Positions 27,669 through 39,307 are shown, numbered from the stretch's first letter. The stretch: 43,974 nt of DNA from Patescibacteria group bacterium (GCA_041747555.1 JBGTEY010000006.1:1-43974); one strand, 5' to 3'. Numbers and translations: made by a program. The notes: generated by a model not told the origin, from the sequence alone.

Positions 27669-29372
27669 ATGTTTTCTTGGAACTCGCTATCATTACCCAA
27701 ATTTATATCAGGAAATGCCCGCTGGCTCGACAAACAACAGACCAGCATCATGTCTGCTGCGGTGGTAATAACGGTCGCAAACATCTTGTCATCGCTCGCT
27801 GGGTTGGTACGAGAACGCCTTCTGATTTCTTCGTTTTTTGATACAGTCCTATCTCAACAATCATATGAGGCGTTTTTGGTTGCGTTCCAAATACCAGATA
27901 TGATGTTCCAACTCCTTATTCTGGGGGCTGTCTCAGCTGCATTCATTCCTGTTTTTACGAAGGTAAGAAAAGGCGAAGGCGAAGAGGTTGCATTTAATAT
28001 GACCTCCACCGTGATGACCATTTTGCTACTGATATTTTTACTGGTAGGCGCTGTAGTTGCAGTTTTTGCACAACCGCTCACAGAGCTCAGAACAGGTGCA
28101 GCATTTACTCCTACTCAAATTAAAGTTGCTGCAGATCTAACAAGAATTATGATCATCGCTCAATTTTTCTTTGCTATATCAAATTTTTTCACAGGGGTGT
28201 TGCAGTCATATCATCGATTTATTATCCCCGCAATTGCTCCCGTTTTTTACAATATTGGGATCGTAGCGGGTGTGTATTTTTTGTCTCCGATGTTTGGCAT
28301 TTATTCCGCAGGTATTGGAGTCGTTATCGGTGCTCTGATTCACATGCTGCTTCAGTTGCCAGCGGTGTATCGACTTGGATTTCGGTTCGCCCCCTCTATC
28401 AATCTCTCGCAGATCGGGGTGAAAAAAATCTTCTCACTCATGCCACCTCGAGTACTGACGTATAGTTTGACAGAAATTCAGAGCTTGAGCTTAACATTTT
28501 TTGCCACCTCGCTCGGAAATTTAAGCTTTTTTACAATTAAATTAGGGCTCAAACTCATGACCTTGCCGATTCGATTGTTCGGGGTCTCAATTGGTCAGGC
28601 GTCACTTCCATTCCTATCTGCTGAATCTGATGAAAAAGATCGGGAGCGGTTTAAGGTTCTCTTATTACAATCTATCAATCAAATTACCTTTCTTTCCTTA
28701 CCTGCATCGGTTTTGCTCCTTATTTTACGCGTGCCGATTATTAGACTTGTGTTCGGTGCCCGCAATCTGCCCTGGGAGACGACGCTCGCAGTTGGCCGAG
28801 TTGTGGCAATCATCGCTGTTTCGATCGCTGCCCAAGCTATGGTCCAGCTCCTGATTCGTGCATTTCACGCACTCAAAGACACAAAAACGCCATTCATGAT
28901 TACCCTTGCGGTTGTAGTATTTTACCTTGTTGGATCAGCATTTATTGTATTTTATACAGATATGGGAATACTCGGATTAGCGCTTATAACTACCTTATCT
29001 GCACTCCTTGAGCAATTCGCATATCTCACCTTGCTCAATAAGAAAATTGATAATTTATTCACGAGTGAATTCTGGGTTCCACAGATCAAAATGGTAACTG
29101 CAGGATTTTTGATGGCTGTTTTTCTCTACTTGCCATTTCGAGTACTTGATGAGGTTGTCTTTAATACAACTCGCACTATTGAACTCCTGGCGTTGACCAT
29201 AACGACATCCACCATAGGCATGCTTGTCTATATTTACTTTGCCGCACTTCTTGATATACATGAGCTTAAAATGATCACCAAAGTGCTCCGGCACATCGAT
29301 TACCGACGAAAAAATCTCGCCAAAACGCAAGAAGTGGTTGTCGAAACAAGCGCCGAAGACCATACTATGTAG
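27669..29372 (+). CDS. murJ: Lipid II flippase MurJ (MviN family), 567 aa
   Basis: 14-TM-like MOP-superfamily protein with an N-terminal QTSIMSAAVVITVANILSSLAGLVRERLL signature typical of MurJ. Confidence 0.9.
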   Translation: MFSWNSLSLPKFISGNARWLDKQQTSIMSAAVVITVANILSSLAGLVRERLLISSFFDTVLSQQSYEAFLVAFQIPDMMFQLLILGAVSAAFIPVFTKVRKGEGEEVAFNMTSTVMTILLLIFLLVGAVVAVFAQPLTELRTGAAFTPTQIKVAADLTRIMIIAQFFFAISNFFTGVLQSYHRFIIPAIAPVFYNIGIVAGVYFLSPMFGIYSAGIGVVIGALIHMLLQLPAVYRLGFRFAPSINLSQIGVKKIFSLMPPRVLTYSLTEIQSLSLTFFATSLGNLSFFTIKLGLKLMTLPIRLFGVSIGQASLPFLSAESDEKDRERFKVLLLQSINQITFLSLPASVLLLILRVPIIRLVFGARNLPWETTLAVGRVVAIIAVSIAAQAMVQLLIRAFHALKDTKTPFMITLAVVVFYLVGSAFIVFYTDMGILGLALITTLSALLEQFAYLTLLNKKIDNLFTSEFWVPQIKMVTAGFLMAVFLYLPFRVLDEVVFNTTRTIELLALTITTSTIGMLVYIYFAALLDIHELKMITKVLRHIDYRRKNLAKTQEVVVETSAEDHTM

Positions 29373-29384
29373 ACATACCACCAA

Positions 29385-29393
29385 TGGTATATA
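29385..29393 (+). promoter_or_regulatory. Extended -10 box TGgTATATA, 9 nt upstream of pilN ATG 29403
   Basis: aaTGgTATATAgtgagtactATG, located just after the murJ stop (29370-29372). Confidence 0.4.
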
Positions 29394-29402
29394 GTGAGTA
29401 CT

Positions 29403-30023
29403 ATGAAGAAAAAGTCTGCCCAGATTAAGATCAATTTGGTGCCCAAAGATCCGTTCTTTGACACCATAATTGGCCGGATTCTCCGTTGGGCACTCTCTGC
29501 TGGCAGATATATTGTCATTTTCACCGAGCTAGTGGTGATTGTTAGTTTTGTGAGCCGCTTTACCCTGGACCGACAAGTGACAGACCTCAATCAATCGATA
29601 CTACAAAAAGAAGCAATCATTGATTCATACGGCCCACTTGAGGAAAATTTTCGTGCTGCCCAATCTAAAATTGCGCACTACGAGCAGATTGAGCAAGAAG
29701 CAAACATCACCGAAGTATTCTCAAATTTAAGTGAAGTAATTCCTGAGGGTGTTCTGCTCGAAGATTTAGTTATCAACCAGTCCTCAATCGTTGCCTCTGG
29801 GAGATCTCTTTCTCAAGCATCGTTTAACCTCCTGGTGAACAACTTACAGCTCTCGCCAGATTTTCAAAATGTCAGTGTCGATAAAATTGAATCAACGAAC
29901 CAAAAAGACCCAGGATTTGAGTTTCAAGTGCAAGCCACCACCCAAGTTGTAGACAGGGTACGGCAGGTTCAGCAAACTGATACAGAATCTCCAGATGTTT
30001 TAGATAGAACGGGCGGAATCTAA
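29403..30023 (+). CDS. pilN: Type IV pilus assembly protein PilN-like, 206 aa
   Basis: INLVPKD N-terminal motif, single TM (YIVIFTELVVIVSFV), coiled segment and a ferredoxin-like C-terminal region. The track start at 29394 is GTG; ATG 29403 is preferred. Confidence 0.72.
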   Translation: MKKKSAQIKINLVPKDPFFDTIIGRILRWALSAGRYIVIFTELVVIVSFVSRFTLDRQVTDLNQSILQKEAIIDSYGPLEENFRAAQSKIAHYEQIEQEANITEVFSNLSEVIPEGVLLEDLVINQSSIVASGRSLSQASFNLLVNNLQLSPDFQNVSVDKIESTNQKDPGFEFQVQATTQVVDRVRQVQQTDTESPDVLDRTGGI

Positions 30024-30025
30024 CA

Positions 30026-30652
30026 ATGCAAAAAAAACGTCAAGAAATTACCAGCACACTCTATCATTTTTATCAAAATCCAATTGCTAAAGTATCAATC
30101 GAGCTGTTCCTAAGTATTGGCCTGGTTGTCTTCCTAGGAGTTTTTGCAATCCAACCGACATTAGTTACGATGTCAGATTTAGCCAAAGAAATTGAAGAGA
30201 AACAAGAGCTAGAGGGTGATCTCACCAGAAAAATTGCATCACTCGCCACTGCACAAACCGAGTATTTAACACTCGAAGAACGACTAGGTGTACTTGATGA
30301 AGCAATTCCTCAGACTCCAAAGCTTATCCATTCAATAAAAATCATCGAGCGCGCAGCGAGTGATAATGGTGTAGTTTTAAGCAATATCTCACTTGATGAA
30401 GTGCCGTCTGAAACTTCACCCGATGAACAGCTGGCATTTTCCCAACTTGCCCACCAACAGGCAACGCTGAGAATCGGTGTCGCGGGAGACTATCCTTCCA
30501 TTCGAGACTTTGTTGAGGCGATCATGAATAGTCGTCGTACTTTCGTGGTCGACTCTGTGTCATTCTCAGTTGAGGAAAACAGAGGAAGTAGGCAGCTTAA
30601 GGCGAGCGTTCGCGTCAATATTCCATATTATGGAAGGTCAAATGCACGGTAA
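30026..30652 (+). CDS. pilO: Type IV pilus assembly protein PilO-like, 208 aa
   Basis: Single TM (IELFLSIGLVVFLGVFAI), a coiled coil, then a PilO-like C-terminal domain (LRIGVAGDYPSIRDFVEAI). It begins 2 nt after pilN. Confidence 0.68.
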   Translation: MQKKRQEITSTLYHFYQNPIAKVSIELFLSIGLVVFLGVFAIQPTLVTMSDLAKEIEEKQELEGDLTRKIASLATAQTEYLTLEERLGVLDEAIPQTPKLIHSIKIIERAASDNGVVLSNISLDEVPSETSPDEQLAFSQLAHQQATLRIGVAGDYPSIRDFVEAIMNSRRTFVVDSVSFSVEENRGSRQLKASVRVNIPYYGRSNAR

Positions 30653-31154
30653 AAGCGTAATTGCAAACGAATTTTCAAAATTAAAGCAAAATCAAAAATT
30701 GCTCGCTATTCTAATCCTGTTTTTTGTTTGTACGATTGCTTGGACGGTTGCAAGCTTGTTTAGCTCACAAACAACCTCAAATATATCTCCCAAATTACTG
30801 AAAATCTCAAAACCACTTAATCCTGTTCTGGATGTGGAAGTATTGTCCAAACTTGAACAAAAAAGACTGTACACCGAAGAAGATTTGGTCGATTTTCCAA
30901 TCTATAAAATTATAATTACCGATAGTGGACGTGGAGAGCGTATCGTCAACATTAACACTACCATTGATCAACTTGAAGAACTTGAAAATGCGGATCTAAA
31001 TCTATCACAACCTGAGGCGAGTCCAACCGCCACTTCTAGCGCCACACCCATTCCCGATGAAGAAATCCTTGATCAAGAAGAGGAGCCAAGTCCAACGCCC
31101 TCTCCAGTCACTCAATCTGAAGACACTGCCGCAACTGAAATTGGTCCGGAGTAG
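30630..31154 (+). CDS. Membrane-anchored protein with an acidic Pro/Ser/Thr-rich tail, about 174 aa; possible pilus-assembly accessory
   Basis: Start at ATG 30630 or 30642, overlapping the pilO end. One TM (LLAILILFFVCTIAWTVASLF). Unknown domain. C-terminal EASPTATSSATPIPDEE...EEEPSPTPSP. Confidence 0.6.
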   Translation: MEGQMHGKSVIANEFSKLKQNQKLLAILILFFVCTIAWTVASLFSSQTTSNISPKLLKISKPLNPVLDVEVLSKLEQKRLYTEEDLVDFPIYKIIITDSGRGERIVNINTTIDQLEELENADLNLSQPEASPTATSSATPIPDEEILDQEEEPSPTPSPVTQSEDTAATEIGPE

Positions 31155-31269
31155 TCAATGCATTCTTCACTTTACTTCGTGTCTTTTTCGCGTTGCGCAC
31201 TCAGTCAAGATTCACTACAGTAGATTGCAGACACTTTGACCGGTGTTTTAGGTGTATTGCGAGAAAAAC

Positions 31270-32850
31270 ATGGACATACAAAAAAAATTAACTCAAAAAC
31301 GCATTCCAACGCTACTTGGATTAGGTGTCTTAATTATTGGCTTAGTTGCGGGAACGCTCCTTTTTAGTCAAGGGACAGGTGTCTTTTCTCCCAGAGCCAC
31401 TCCGCAAACCACTCCCAAAAGCATTGCTGTTACCAATGTTACCGATACTAGTTTTACCGTTTCGTTTCTTACTGATGAAGCAACGGTAGGATTTGTGAAG
31501 TACGGAACGACCGCCGATGAAGTGGATTCCCAAGCCAGCGACGATCGAGATCAACTTTCTGGAACAGTCTCAAGCTACAACATGCATCACATCACGATTA
31601 GAGGGCTCGAACAAAATCAAGATTATCATTATATTCTTGGTACGGGATCAGGAACGACATTTGACAATAATGGGCAACCATTTGTAGTGAGAACCGCTCA
31701 GCGTGGCGGCACACCACCAGCAGCCAAAACCATTTATGGAAGCGTAACTACGAGCGCTGGCGCGCCTGCAGATGGATCGGTTGTGTATGTAACCCTACCT
31801 TCAGGCATCAGAATGTCTTCTTTGGTAAAAAGCTCAGGCAGTTGGGCTATTCCCCTTTCGAGCGCGAGAACAGCGGATGGTGCGGGCTATGCGTCAGTTG
31901 CTGAATCAGATACGCTCACAATTGCCGTACAGGGTCCACAGCAAATGCAAACTGCAAATGTGACTACACAAGTTTCTCAAGCACAACCTGTAGCGCCAAT
32001 TACGTTTGGACAAACTGGGAGTGTAGCAATAGACACTGGCGTCACTGCAACTCCTCAAGAAGATCCAGCTGATGAGGTGCTCGAAGAATCAGTAGTACCA
32101 GCGGCTAGCGACGAAGCCGTCACTTCAGAATCAGACGACATACAACCAAGTGGTGCAGGCGCCAGAGCAAGTGCTCTCAACGAACTACTTAACCAAGAAC
32201 TTCCGCAAGAAGAAGTCATAACAGTCCTCGATTTAACAAACCCAGAAAAACAAACGGTCACAACCTCACGTCCAGTAATTAGAGGTACGGCTGCCCCATC
32301 AGCAGTTATCGATATCGTCGTAAACTCAGAAACACAAATCACACAACAAGTGACCGCAGGTGAAGATGGTGCATTTGAACTAGATTTAGAAGCACTCTCT
32401 GCAGATCTCGAACCAGGTGAGCACACGGTGACCTACAGCTACGTTGATTCTGCCACCGGACAAGTTGTTCAAGAAACAGTGAATTTTACGGTCAGTGATA
32501 CCTCAAGTCTGCTCGCACAAGCCAACACCAGCCAAGAAACCGGGCCATTCAGCACAGAGAGTCCATTCCCAGTCACCAGCACCAGCCCGTCACCTTCACC
32601 ATCAGCGAGTCCGTCACCGAGTATCAGTCCGAGCCCATCACCAACTGCCTCAGCATCGGCAATGGCAACTGAGTCAGGTGAAGCAAAAGGAGGTGCCACT
32701 AGATCGGCACTACCTTCTACAGACAGTGCCATCCCCGTTTCAGGATCAGTAAACACAACCTTTGCTCTTATCTTTGGTGGATTATTCTTTATTCTGTCGG
32801 GTGGATGGAGTTACTGGATTTCAACGCAGGTTGATCGGGTGAGAAGATAA
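31270..32850 (+). CDS. Large cell-surface protein, 526 aa: N-terminal anchor, FN3/PAP-N-like domain, CarboxypepD_reg-like and Ig-like domains, Ser/Pro linker, C-terminal sorting-signal-like TM
   Basis: The track start at 31252 is GTG; ATG 31270 (MDIQKKLTQKR...) is preferred. Domains seen: VTNVTDTSFTVSFLTDEATVGFVKYG; YGSVTT..G.PADGSVVYV; VIRGTAAPSAVIDIVVNS. The linker is SPSPSPSASPSPSISPSPSP (about 32575-32665). The C-terminus reads LPSTD..IPVSGS, then a hydrophobic helix, then RVRR. Confidence 0.8.
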   Translation: MDIQKKLTQKRIPTLLGLGVLIIGLVAGTLLFSQGTGVFSPRATPQTTPKSIAVTNVTDTSFTVSFLTDEATVGFVKYGTTADEVDSQASDDRDQLSGTVSSYNMHHITIRGLEQNQDYHYILGTGSGTTFDNNGQPFVVRTAQRGGTPPAAKTIYGSVTTSAGAPADGSVVYVTLPSGIRMSSLVKSSGSWAIPLSSARTADGAGYASVAESDTLTIAVQGPQQMQTANVTTQVSQAQPVAPITFGQTGSVAIDTGVTATPQEDPADEVLEESVVPAASDEAVTSESDDIQPSGAGARASALNELLNQELPQEEVITVLDLTNPEKQTVTTSRPVIRGTAAPSAVIDIVVNSETQITQQVTAGEDGAFELDLEALSADLEPGEHTVTYSYVDSATGQVVQETVNFTVSDTSSLLAQANTSQETGPFSTESPFPVTSTSPSPSPSASPSPSISPSPSPTASASAMATESGEAKGGATRSALPSTDSAIPVSGSVNTTFALIFGGLFFILSGGWSYWISTQVDRVRR

Positions 32851-32941
32851 TTTTAATTTCAAATTTTTTTCGAAATATTTTACTGTAGAACAAAAATTCA
32901 TTTCTTGTTTTCTATTTTTTTAGGCACAAAAAAAGCGCTCT

Positions 32942-33061
32942 ATTCTGGCCTCGACCTATCGTCCCACGCAGTTGCCCATGCAGTATTGTCAGCGCTGAGG
33001 CGTTTCAAGACTCTGTTCGGGATGGAAAGAGTTGGGACCACCTCGCTCTAGAGACCAGAAT
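32942..33061 (-). rRNA. rrf: 5S ribosomal RNA
   Basis: The reverse complement reads ATTCTGGTCTCTAGAGCGAGGTGGTCCCAACTCTTTCCATCCCGAACAGAG...GGGACGATAGGTCGAGGCCAGAAT. The terminal helix I pairs ATTCTGGTCTC with GAGGCCAGAAT, and conserved CCCGAAC and loop E-region elements are present. Confidence 0.9.
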
Positions 33062-33153
33062 ATAACGCTCTTTTTTTATTCAGCTCTTTTTATAGTATAA
33101 AAAGAATATTCACTTGTTAAGAACACGAGCTTTTTGCTCACATTCGCTAAAAG

Positions 33154-33224
33154 GTGAAGATAATTTGCCATGACATAGTCGACTTCAGTACGTTACATTC
33201 ATCAAAAACCAACTACAAAAATGT
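33154..33224 (-). other. 3' half of the pre-23S processing stem (pairs with 36150-36265)
   Basis: ctacaaaaatgt (33213-33224) is the exact complement of acatttttgtag (36150-36161). gtgaagataatt (33154-33165) is the exact complement of aattatcttcac (36254-36265), with further imperfect pairing through 33183 / 36238. Confidence 0.6.
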
Positions 33225-36149
<2,925 letters not shown>

Positions 36150-36265
36150 ACATTTTTGTAGCATTATTTTTTTAGCGAATAAAAAAATATTAAAATTTTT
36201 AAATTTTCTGGTCTGTGATGTATGACAACCTACTTTGGTCGATACATCATGACAATTATCTTCAC
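36150..36265 (-). other. 5' half of the pre-23S processing stem and spacer
   Basis: See the partner feature at 33154-33224. An internal hairpin TGATGTAT...ATACATCA is also present at about 36214-36250. Confidence 0.55.
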
Positions 36266-36375
36266 TTTTTAACGAACGATGAGCGTTAATAGCTCAGTGT
36301 TAGCTCTTAGTCGCACCCGGTGAGAGTGGACCAAGAACTAATACCAAGCCATCAAGGCAGCAGGCAAGTACGATG

Positions 36376-36449
36376 TGGACCCTAAGGGGCTCGAACCCTT
36401 GACCTCCACATTGCAAATGTGGCGCTCTAGCCAACTGAGCTAAGGGCCC
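36376..36449 (-). tRNA. tRNA-Ala (anticodon UGC), 74 nt, CCA not encoded
   Basis: Reverse complement GGGCCCTTAGCTCAGTTGGCTAGAGCGCCACATTTGCAATGTGGAGGTCAAGGGTTCGAGCCCCTTAGGGTCCA folds as a canonical cloverleaf: 7/4/5/5-bp stems, anticodon loop TTTGCAA, TTCGAGC T-loop, the G3:U70 alanine identity pair and discriminator A. Confidence 0.97.
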
Positions 36450-36582
36450 ATTCGGTCCTGCTTTGTTTTATTTAGTTGTATGAGATTTTCCGGAATGCAA
36501 GTATGTCACTTTACTTCGCGGTGGGCGGAGGGATTGTGTCAGTGTTTCACGACGACAATATCACTTCCCGAACAGAATTTGT

Positions 36583-36611
36583 ATTGTACTATGCTTCTCT
36601 AATGTGTGCAA
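36583..36611 (-). promoter_or_regulatory. Candidate promoter for the tRNA-Ala-23S-5S operon
   Basis: Minus strand: TTGCAC (36611-36606), 17-nt spacer, TACAAT (36588-36583), about 125 nt upstream of the tRNA 5' end. Confidence 0.35.
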
Positions 36612-36670
36612 GGGATATTTAGCGTCAAAATAGAGCTACCATCTCACTCAGCGCAAATAGTGAAAAACTG

Positions 36671-36698
36671 TTGCTCAATGGCAGAAGTACTATATAAT
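36671..36698 (+). promoter_or_regulatory. Candidate promoter for the antiporter gene
   Basis: TTGCTC (36671-36676), 16-nt spacer, TATAAT (36693-36698). An AAAGG SD lies about 7 nt before ATG 36759. Confidence 0.35.
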
Positions 36699-36758
36699 TC
36701 ACCTTTTGCGATACGCACTTAATATATACAAATTTTCTAATTATAAAAAGGTCATACT

Positions 36759-38135
36759 ATGAAAATCTCACACAAGATTAATAATGCGATGGCTATTTTT
36801 GGAGGATTTGTCGCAACTTCTCTAGCATTTGCCCCGACTGCATTTGGTGCCGGAGTTGATGCAGGTGGTGGTCACGGTGCCTTTGGTGAGCTCTTCTTGC
36901 TCATTGCACTACTATTACTCTTTGCAAAAATTGGTGGCGTTATCGAAAAGCTAGGGCAACCCTCCGTACTAGGAGAGCTTCTAGCTGGTATCGCGCTTTC
37001 ATTCGCAGCTTATTTTGGAATCGGAATATTTGACGAAATGCGCCACAATGAAACGCTCGCATTTTTAGCAGAAATCGGCGCTGTAATTTTACTGTTTCAA
37101 ATTGGCCTAGAGTCAAATTTGAAATCATTGGCAACTGTAGGCGCAAGTGCGTTTAAAGTTGCAATAATTGGAGTTATCGCACCTCTAATCCTTGGTACGT
37201 ATGTAATTGGACCGTTATTTTTTGCAGATGCCCCATTTATTAGTCATTTATTCATTGGCGCAGCTATGGTTGCAACAAGTGTGGGTGTAACTGCATCAGT
37301 ATTTAAGGCACTGGGCACACTTAAGAGTCGCTCCAGCCAGACCGTACTTGGTGCTGCTGTGATTGATGACGTACTTGGATTGCTGGTTCTGGCGATAGTC
37401 TCTGCAATGGCAAGTGGTCAGGAGCTGACCGCCATGAGTATTTCCGTCATGGCGCTGAAAGCTGGAGGTTTCCTAGTTTTGGCAATCGTACTTGGAAGAT
37501 TGTTTGCCCCACATATTTCAAAACTCCTCTCAAAAATCCACACTGGCACAGGCATGAAGCTATCTTTGGCTTTTATTTTTGCCCTACTTTACGCCTATGC
37601 GGCCACACTCGTTGGTCTTGCTCCAATTATCGGTGCTTTCGCAGCTGGACTTATTTTGGATGATGTTCACTTTAATTTCTTTGACTCACCACTAATTGTC
37701 AAAAAATTAGAAGCACTTGCTTCTAAAAACAACGGTTTGGAAAGCATTATTAGTCACCACCGCCACACACACGTAGAAGATATGGTGTCTAGTTTGGCAC
37801 TTATTTTTGTACCGCTCTTTTTTGCATACACCGGTCTGCAAATTCAAGTAGAGTCACTACTAAATCCTCAAGTATATTTGATCGGAATCATTGCCAGCGT
37901 TATTGCTATTGGCAGTAAGATGGTTTCAGGTTTTGGTGCAAGTGGCAACACAAGCGAAAAACTCCTTATCGGAATGTCTATGGTTCCTCGTGGCGAAGTC
38001 GGGCTGATTTTTGCTGCGACAGGAAAAGCACTCGGCGCAATCAGCGATGATATTTTCTCGGTGATAATTGTCGTGGTAATTTTAACCACCGTCGTTGCAC
38101 CAGCAGGAATTGCTCATCTTACGAAGAAGATATAG
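36759..38135 (+). CDS. Cation:proton antiporter (Na+/H+ exchanger family, CPA-type), 458 aa
   Basis: Polytopic membrane protein of about 12 TM with the QPSVLGELLAGIAL motif typical of Na_H_exchanger family proteins. Confidence 0.87.
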   Translation: MKISHKINNAMAIFGGFVATSLAFAPTAFGAGVDAGGGHGAFGELFLLIALLLLFAKIGGVIEKLGQPSVLGELLAGIALSFAAYFGIGIFDEMRHNETLAFLAEIGAVILLFQIGLESNLKSLATVGASAFKVAIIGVIAPLILGTYVIGPLFFADAPFISHLFIGAAMVATSVGVTASVFKALGTLKSRSSQTVLGAAVIDDVLGLLVLAIVSAMASGQELTAMSISVMALKAGGFLVLAIVLGRLFAPHISKLLSKIHTGTGMKLSLAFIFALLYAYAATLVGLAPIIGAFAAGLILDDVHFNFFDSPLIVKKLEALASKNNGLESIISHHRHTHVEDMVSSLALIFVPLFFAYTGLQIQVESLLNPQVYLIGIIASVIAIGSKMVSGFGASGNTSEKLLIGMSMVPRGEVGLIFAATGKALGAISDDIFSVIIVVVILTTVVAPAGIAHLTKKI

Positions 38136-38143
38136 TTTTAGCT

Positions 38144-39271
38144 TTAGAATATATAGTGTCTGACTTTACCAGTGTCTACATTTTGGACGTGGAGTCCGCC
38201 CACTGAGGCAAAAATTTGAGCGTAGTGCGACTGGAAAAAATCAGTGTTGATATAGGTGTCGAGTTGCTCGGCATATGCAGTATCTTGCACAAAAATCAGC
38301 GCATGTTTTAAGCTCTCGAAATTATGATCAGCGTGAGGTTCGTCTGGGTGATTGATATGCTTTGCGTGATGAGAAACCGCATAGGACATATCAGAAAATA
38401 GAACTTTTAAATCCTCAAATGTAGCAGCGTAAGTATTAAAGTCATTGTTCTCGCCGAGACCAATAATGTACGGAGCAAGTACACCATCGGCAATACCCGC
38501 AAGCCTTGGGCCAAATTTACCAACCGTCATTGCTGGGTCTTGATAGTCTTTTTCAAAATTATGGAAACCGGGCATTTCTGCGGTTTCTTCTTCGAGACCT
38601 TCGCCATTTAACGTTGTGAGCGTTTTTTTGTTATGGTTATATACTGCAGAGTAAACTGGAACTTCAGAAGAATTAAGCTCGGCCAAAATTTCAGTAATTC
38701 CCGCAACTGTTTTCTGGGCATTTGCAACAATATCTGCTTCCAAATTTGCTGCTGAGTGAACCAGCATAGCGGGCAAATTCATTTCTTCATCGAGCGCTTC
38801 TGGTACTTCATGTCGAGGGATTCCAGCATATTTCTGATACACTGAATCAGGCATTTCACCTCTCACAGCTCGAGCACCGCAGGTGTGCTTGGGAACTGGC
38901 TCACCTGATATTGTTGCACTCACTTCTTCATTACCACCATGCTGACTGGCATAGATTTCAACATTGGACAGCGAACCTCGTTTCTCGGTCAAATAGAGAA
39001 TCAATGAAGCAAGTCCATCGCGTGACGGGACTCCACCACCAATAACCGGGAGGAGGATATAAAAATCACCATTGTCTTGTAGACCGACTGGCACATCAAC
39101 ACGAGAGTCGTCGCAACCAATAACGACTTTGACTGTTGTAGCTTGCGTAAGTTCAGCTTCGTATTTGGTAAGTCGATTTTTATAGTCACTCCATTCAATA
39201 GCCAGAATTTCATCGAGTGTTTTGCTTCTTGGTTCTTGATTTAGTTTATTTCCCATAGATCCCTTTTTCAT
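38144..39271 (-). CDS. Orphan protein, 375 aa, with a beta-carbonic-anhydrase-like CxDxR motif and a C-terminal His-rich patch
   Basis: ATG 39271 (MKKGSMGNK...), alternative 39256. It has VVIGCDDSRVD (CxDxR) and, 74 residues downstream, KHTCGARAV, which is H-x-C rather than the canonical H-x-x-C. The His cluster SHHAKHINHPDEPHADHNFESLKH has 7 His in 24 residues. No TM. Confidence 0.72.
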   Translation of the reverse strand: MKKGSMGNKLNQEPRSKTLDEILAIEWSDYKNRLTKYEAELTQATTVKVVIGCDDSRVDVPVGLQDNGDFYILLPVIGGGVPSRDGLASLILYLTEKRGSLSNVEIYASQHGGNEEVSATISGEPVPKHTCGARAVRGEMPDSVYQKYAGIPRHEVPEALDEEMNLPAMLVHSAANLEADIVANAQKTVAGITEILAELNSSEVPVYSAVYNHNKKTLTTLNGEGLEEETAEMPGFHNFEKDYQDPAMTVGKFGPRLAGIADGVLAPYIIGLGENNDFNTYAATFEDLKVLFSDMSYAVSHHAKHINHPDEPHADHNFESLKHALIFVQDTAYAEQLDTYINTDFFQSHYAQIFASVGGLHVQNVDTGKVRHYIF

Positions 39272-39277
39272 AATAAA

Positions 39278-39307
39278 AATATAAAAACTATTAACTTCAA
39301 GTCTCAA
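39278..39307 (-). promoter_or_regulatory. Candidate promoter TTGAGA-18-TATATT, 6 nt upstream of ATG 39271
   Basis: Minus strand reads TTGAGActtgaagttaatagttttTATATTtttattATG. The context is AT-rich, so a chance match is possible. Confidence 0.3.

Noticed and set aside
31167-31179. A 13-nt exact repeat TCACTTTACTTCG, also at 36496-36508
   Set aside because: In a 44-kb window, tens of 13-mer coincidences are expected by chance. The flanks do not extend the match.
33141-33151. The inverted repeat TTTTAGCGAAT (33141-33151 on the minus strand, 36171-36181 on the plus strand) as a third tier of the 23S processing stem
   Set aside because: Its order relative to the other two complementary segments would require a crossing (pseudoknotted) pairing. 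It is short and AT-rich, so it is probably coincidental.
36281-36345. A tRNA-like fragment (TAGCTCAGTGTTAGCTC) in the spacer between tRNA-Ala and 23S; possible second tRNA or tRNA-Ile remnant
   Set aside because: No acceptor stem, anticodon arm or T-loop can be folded on either strand. The resemblance is limited to a D-arm-like string.
36450-36758. A riboswitch or small RNA in the unusually long 309-bp gap between tRNA-Ala and the antiporter gene, for example an ion-responsive leader upstream of the antiporter
   Set aside because: The gap is explained adequately by two divergent candidate promoters plus the pre-rRNA leader. I could not fold a convincing conserved structure or recognise any known riboswitch core by eye. 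A covariance-model scan would be needed to exclude one.
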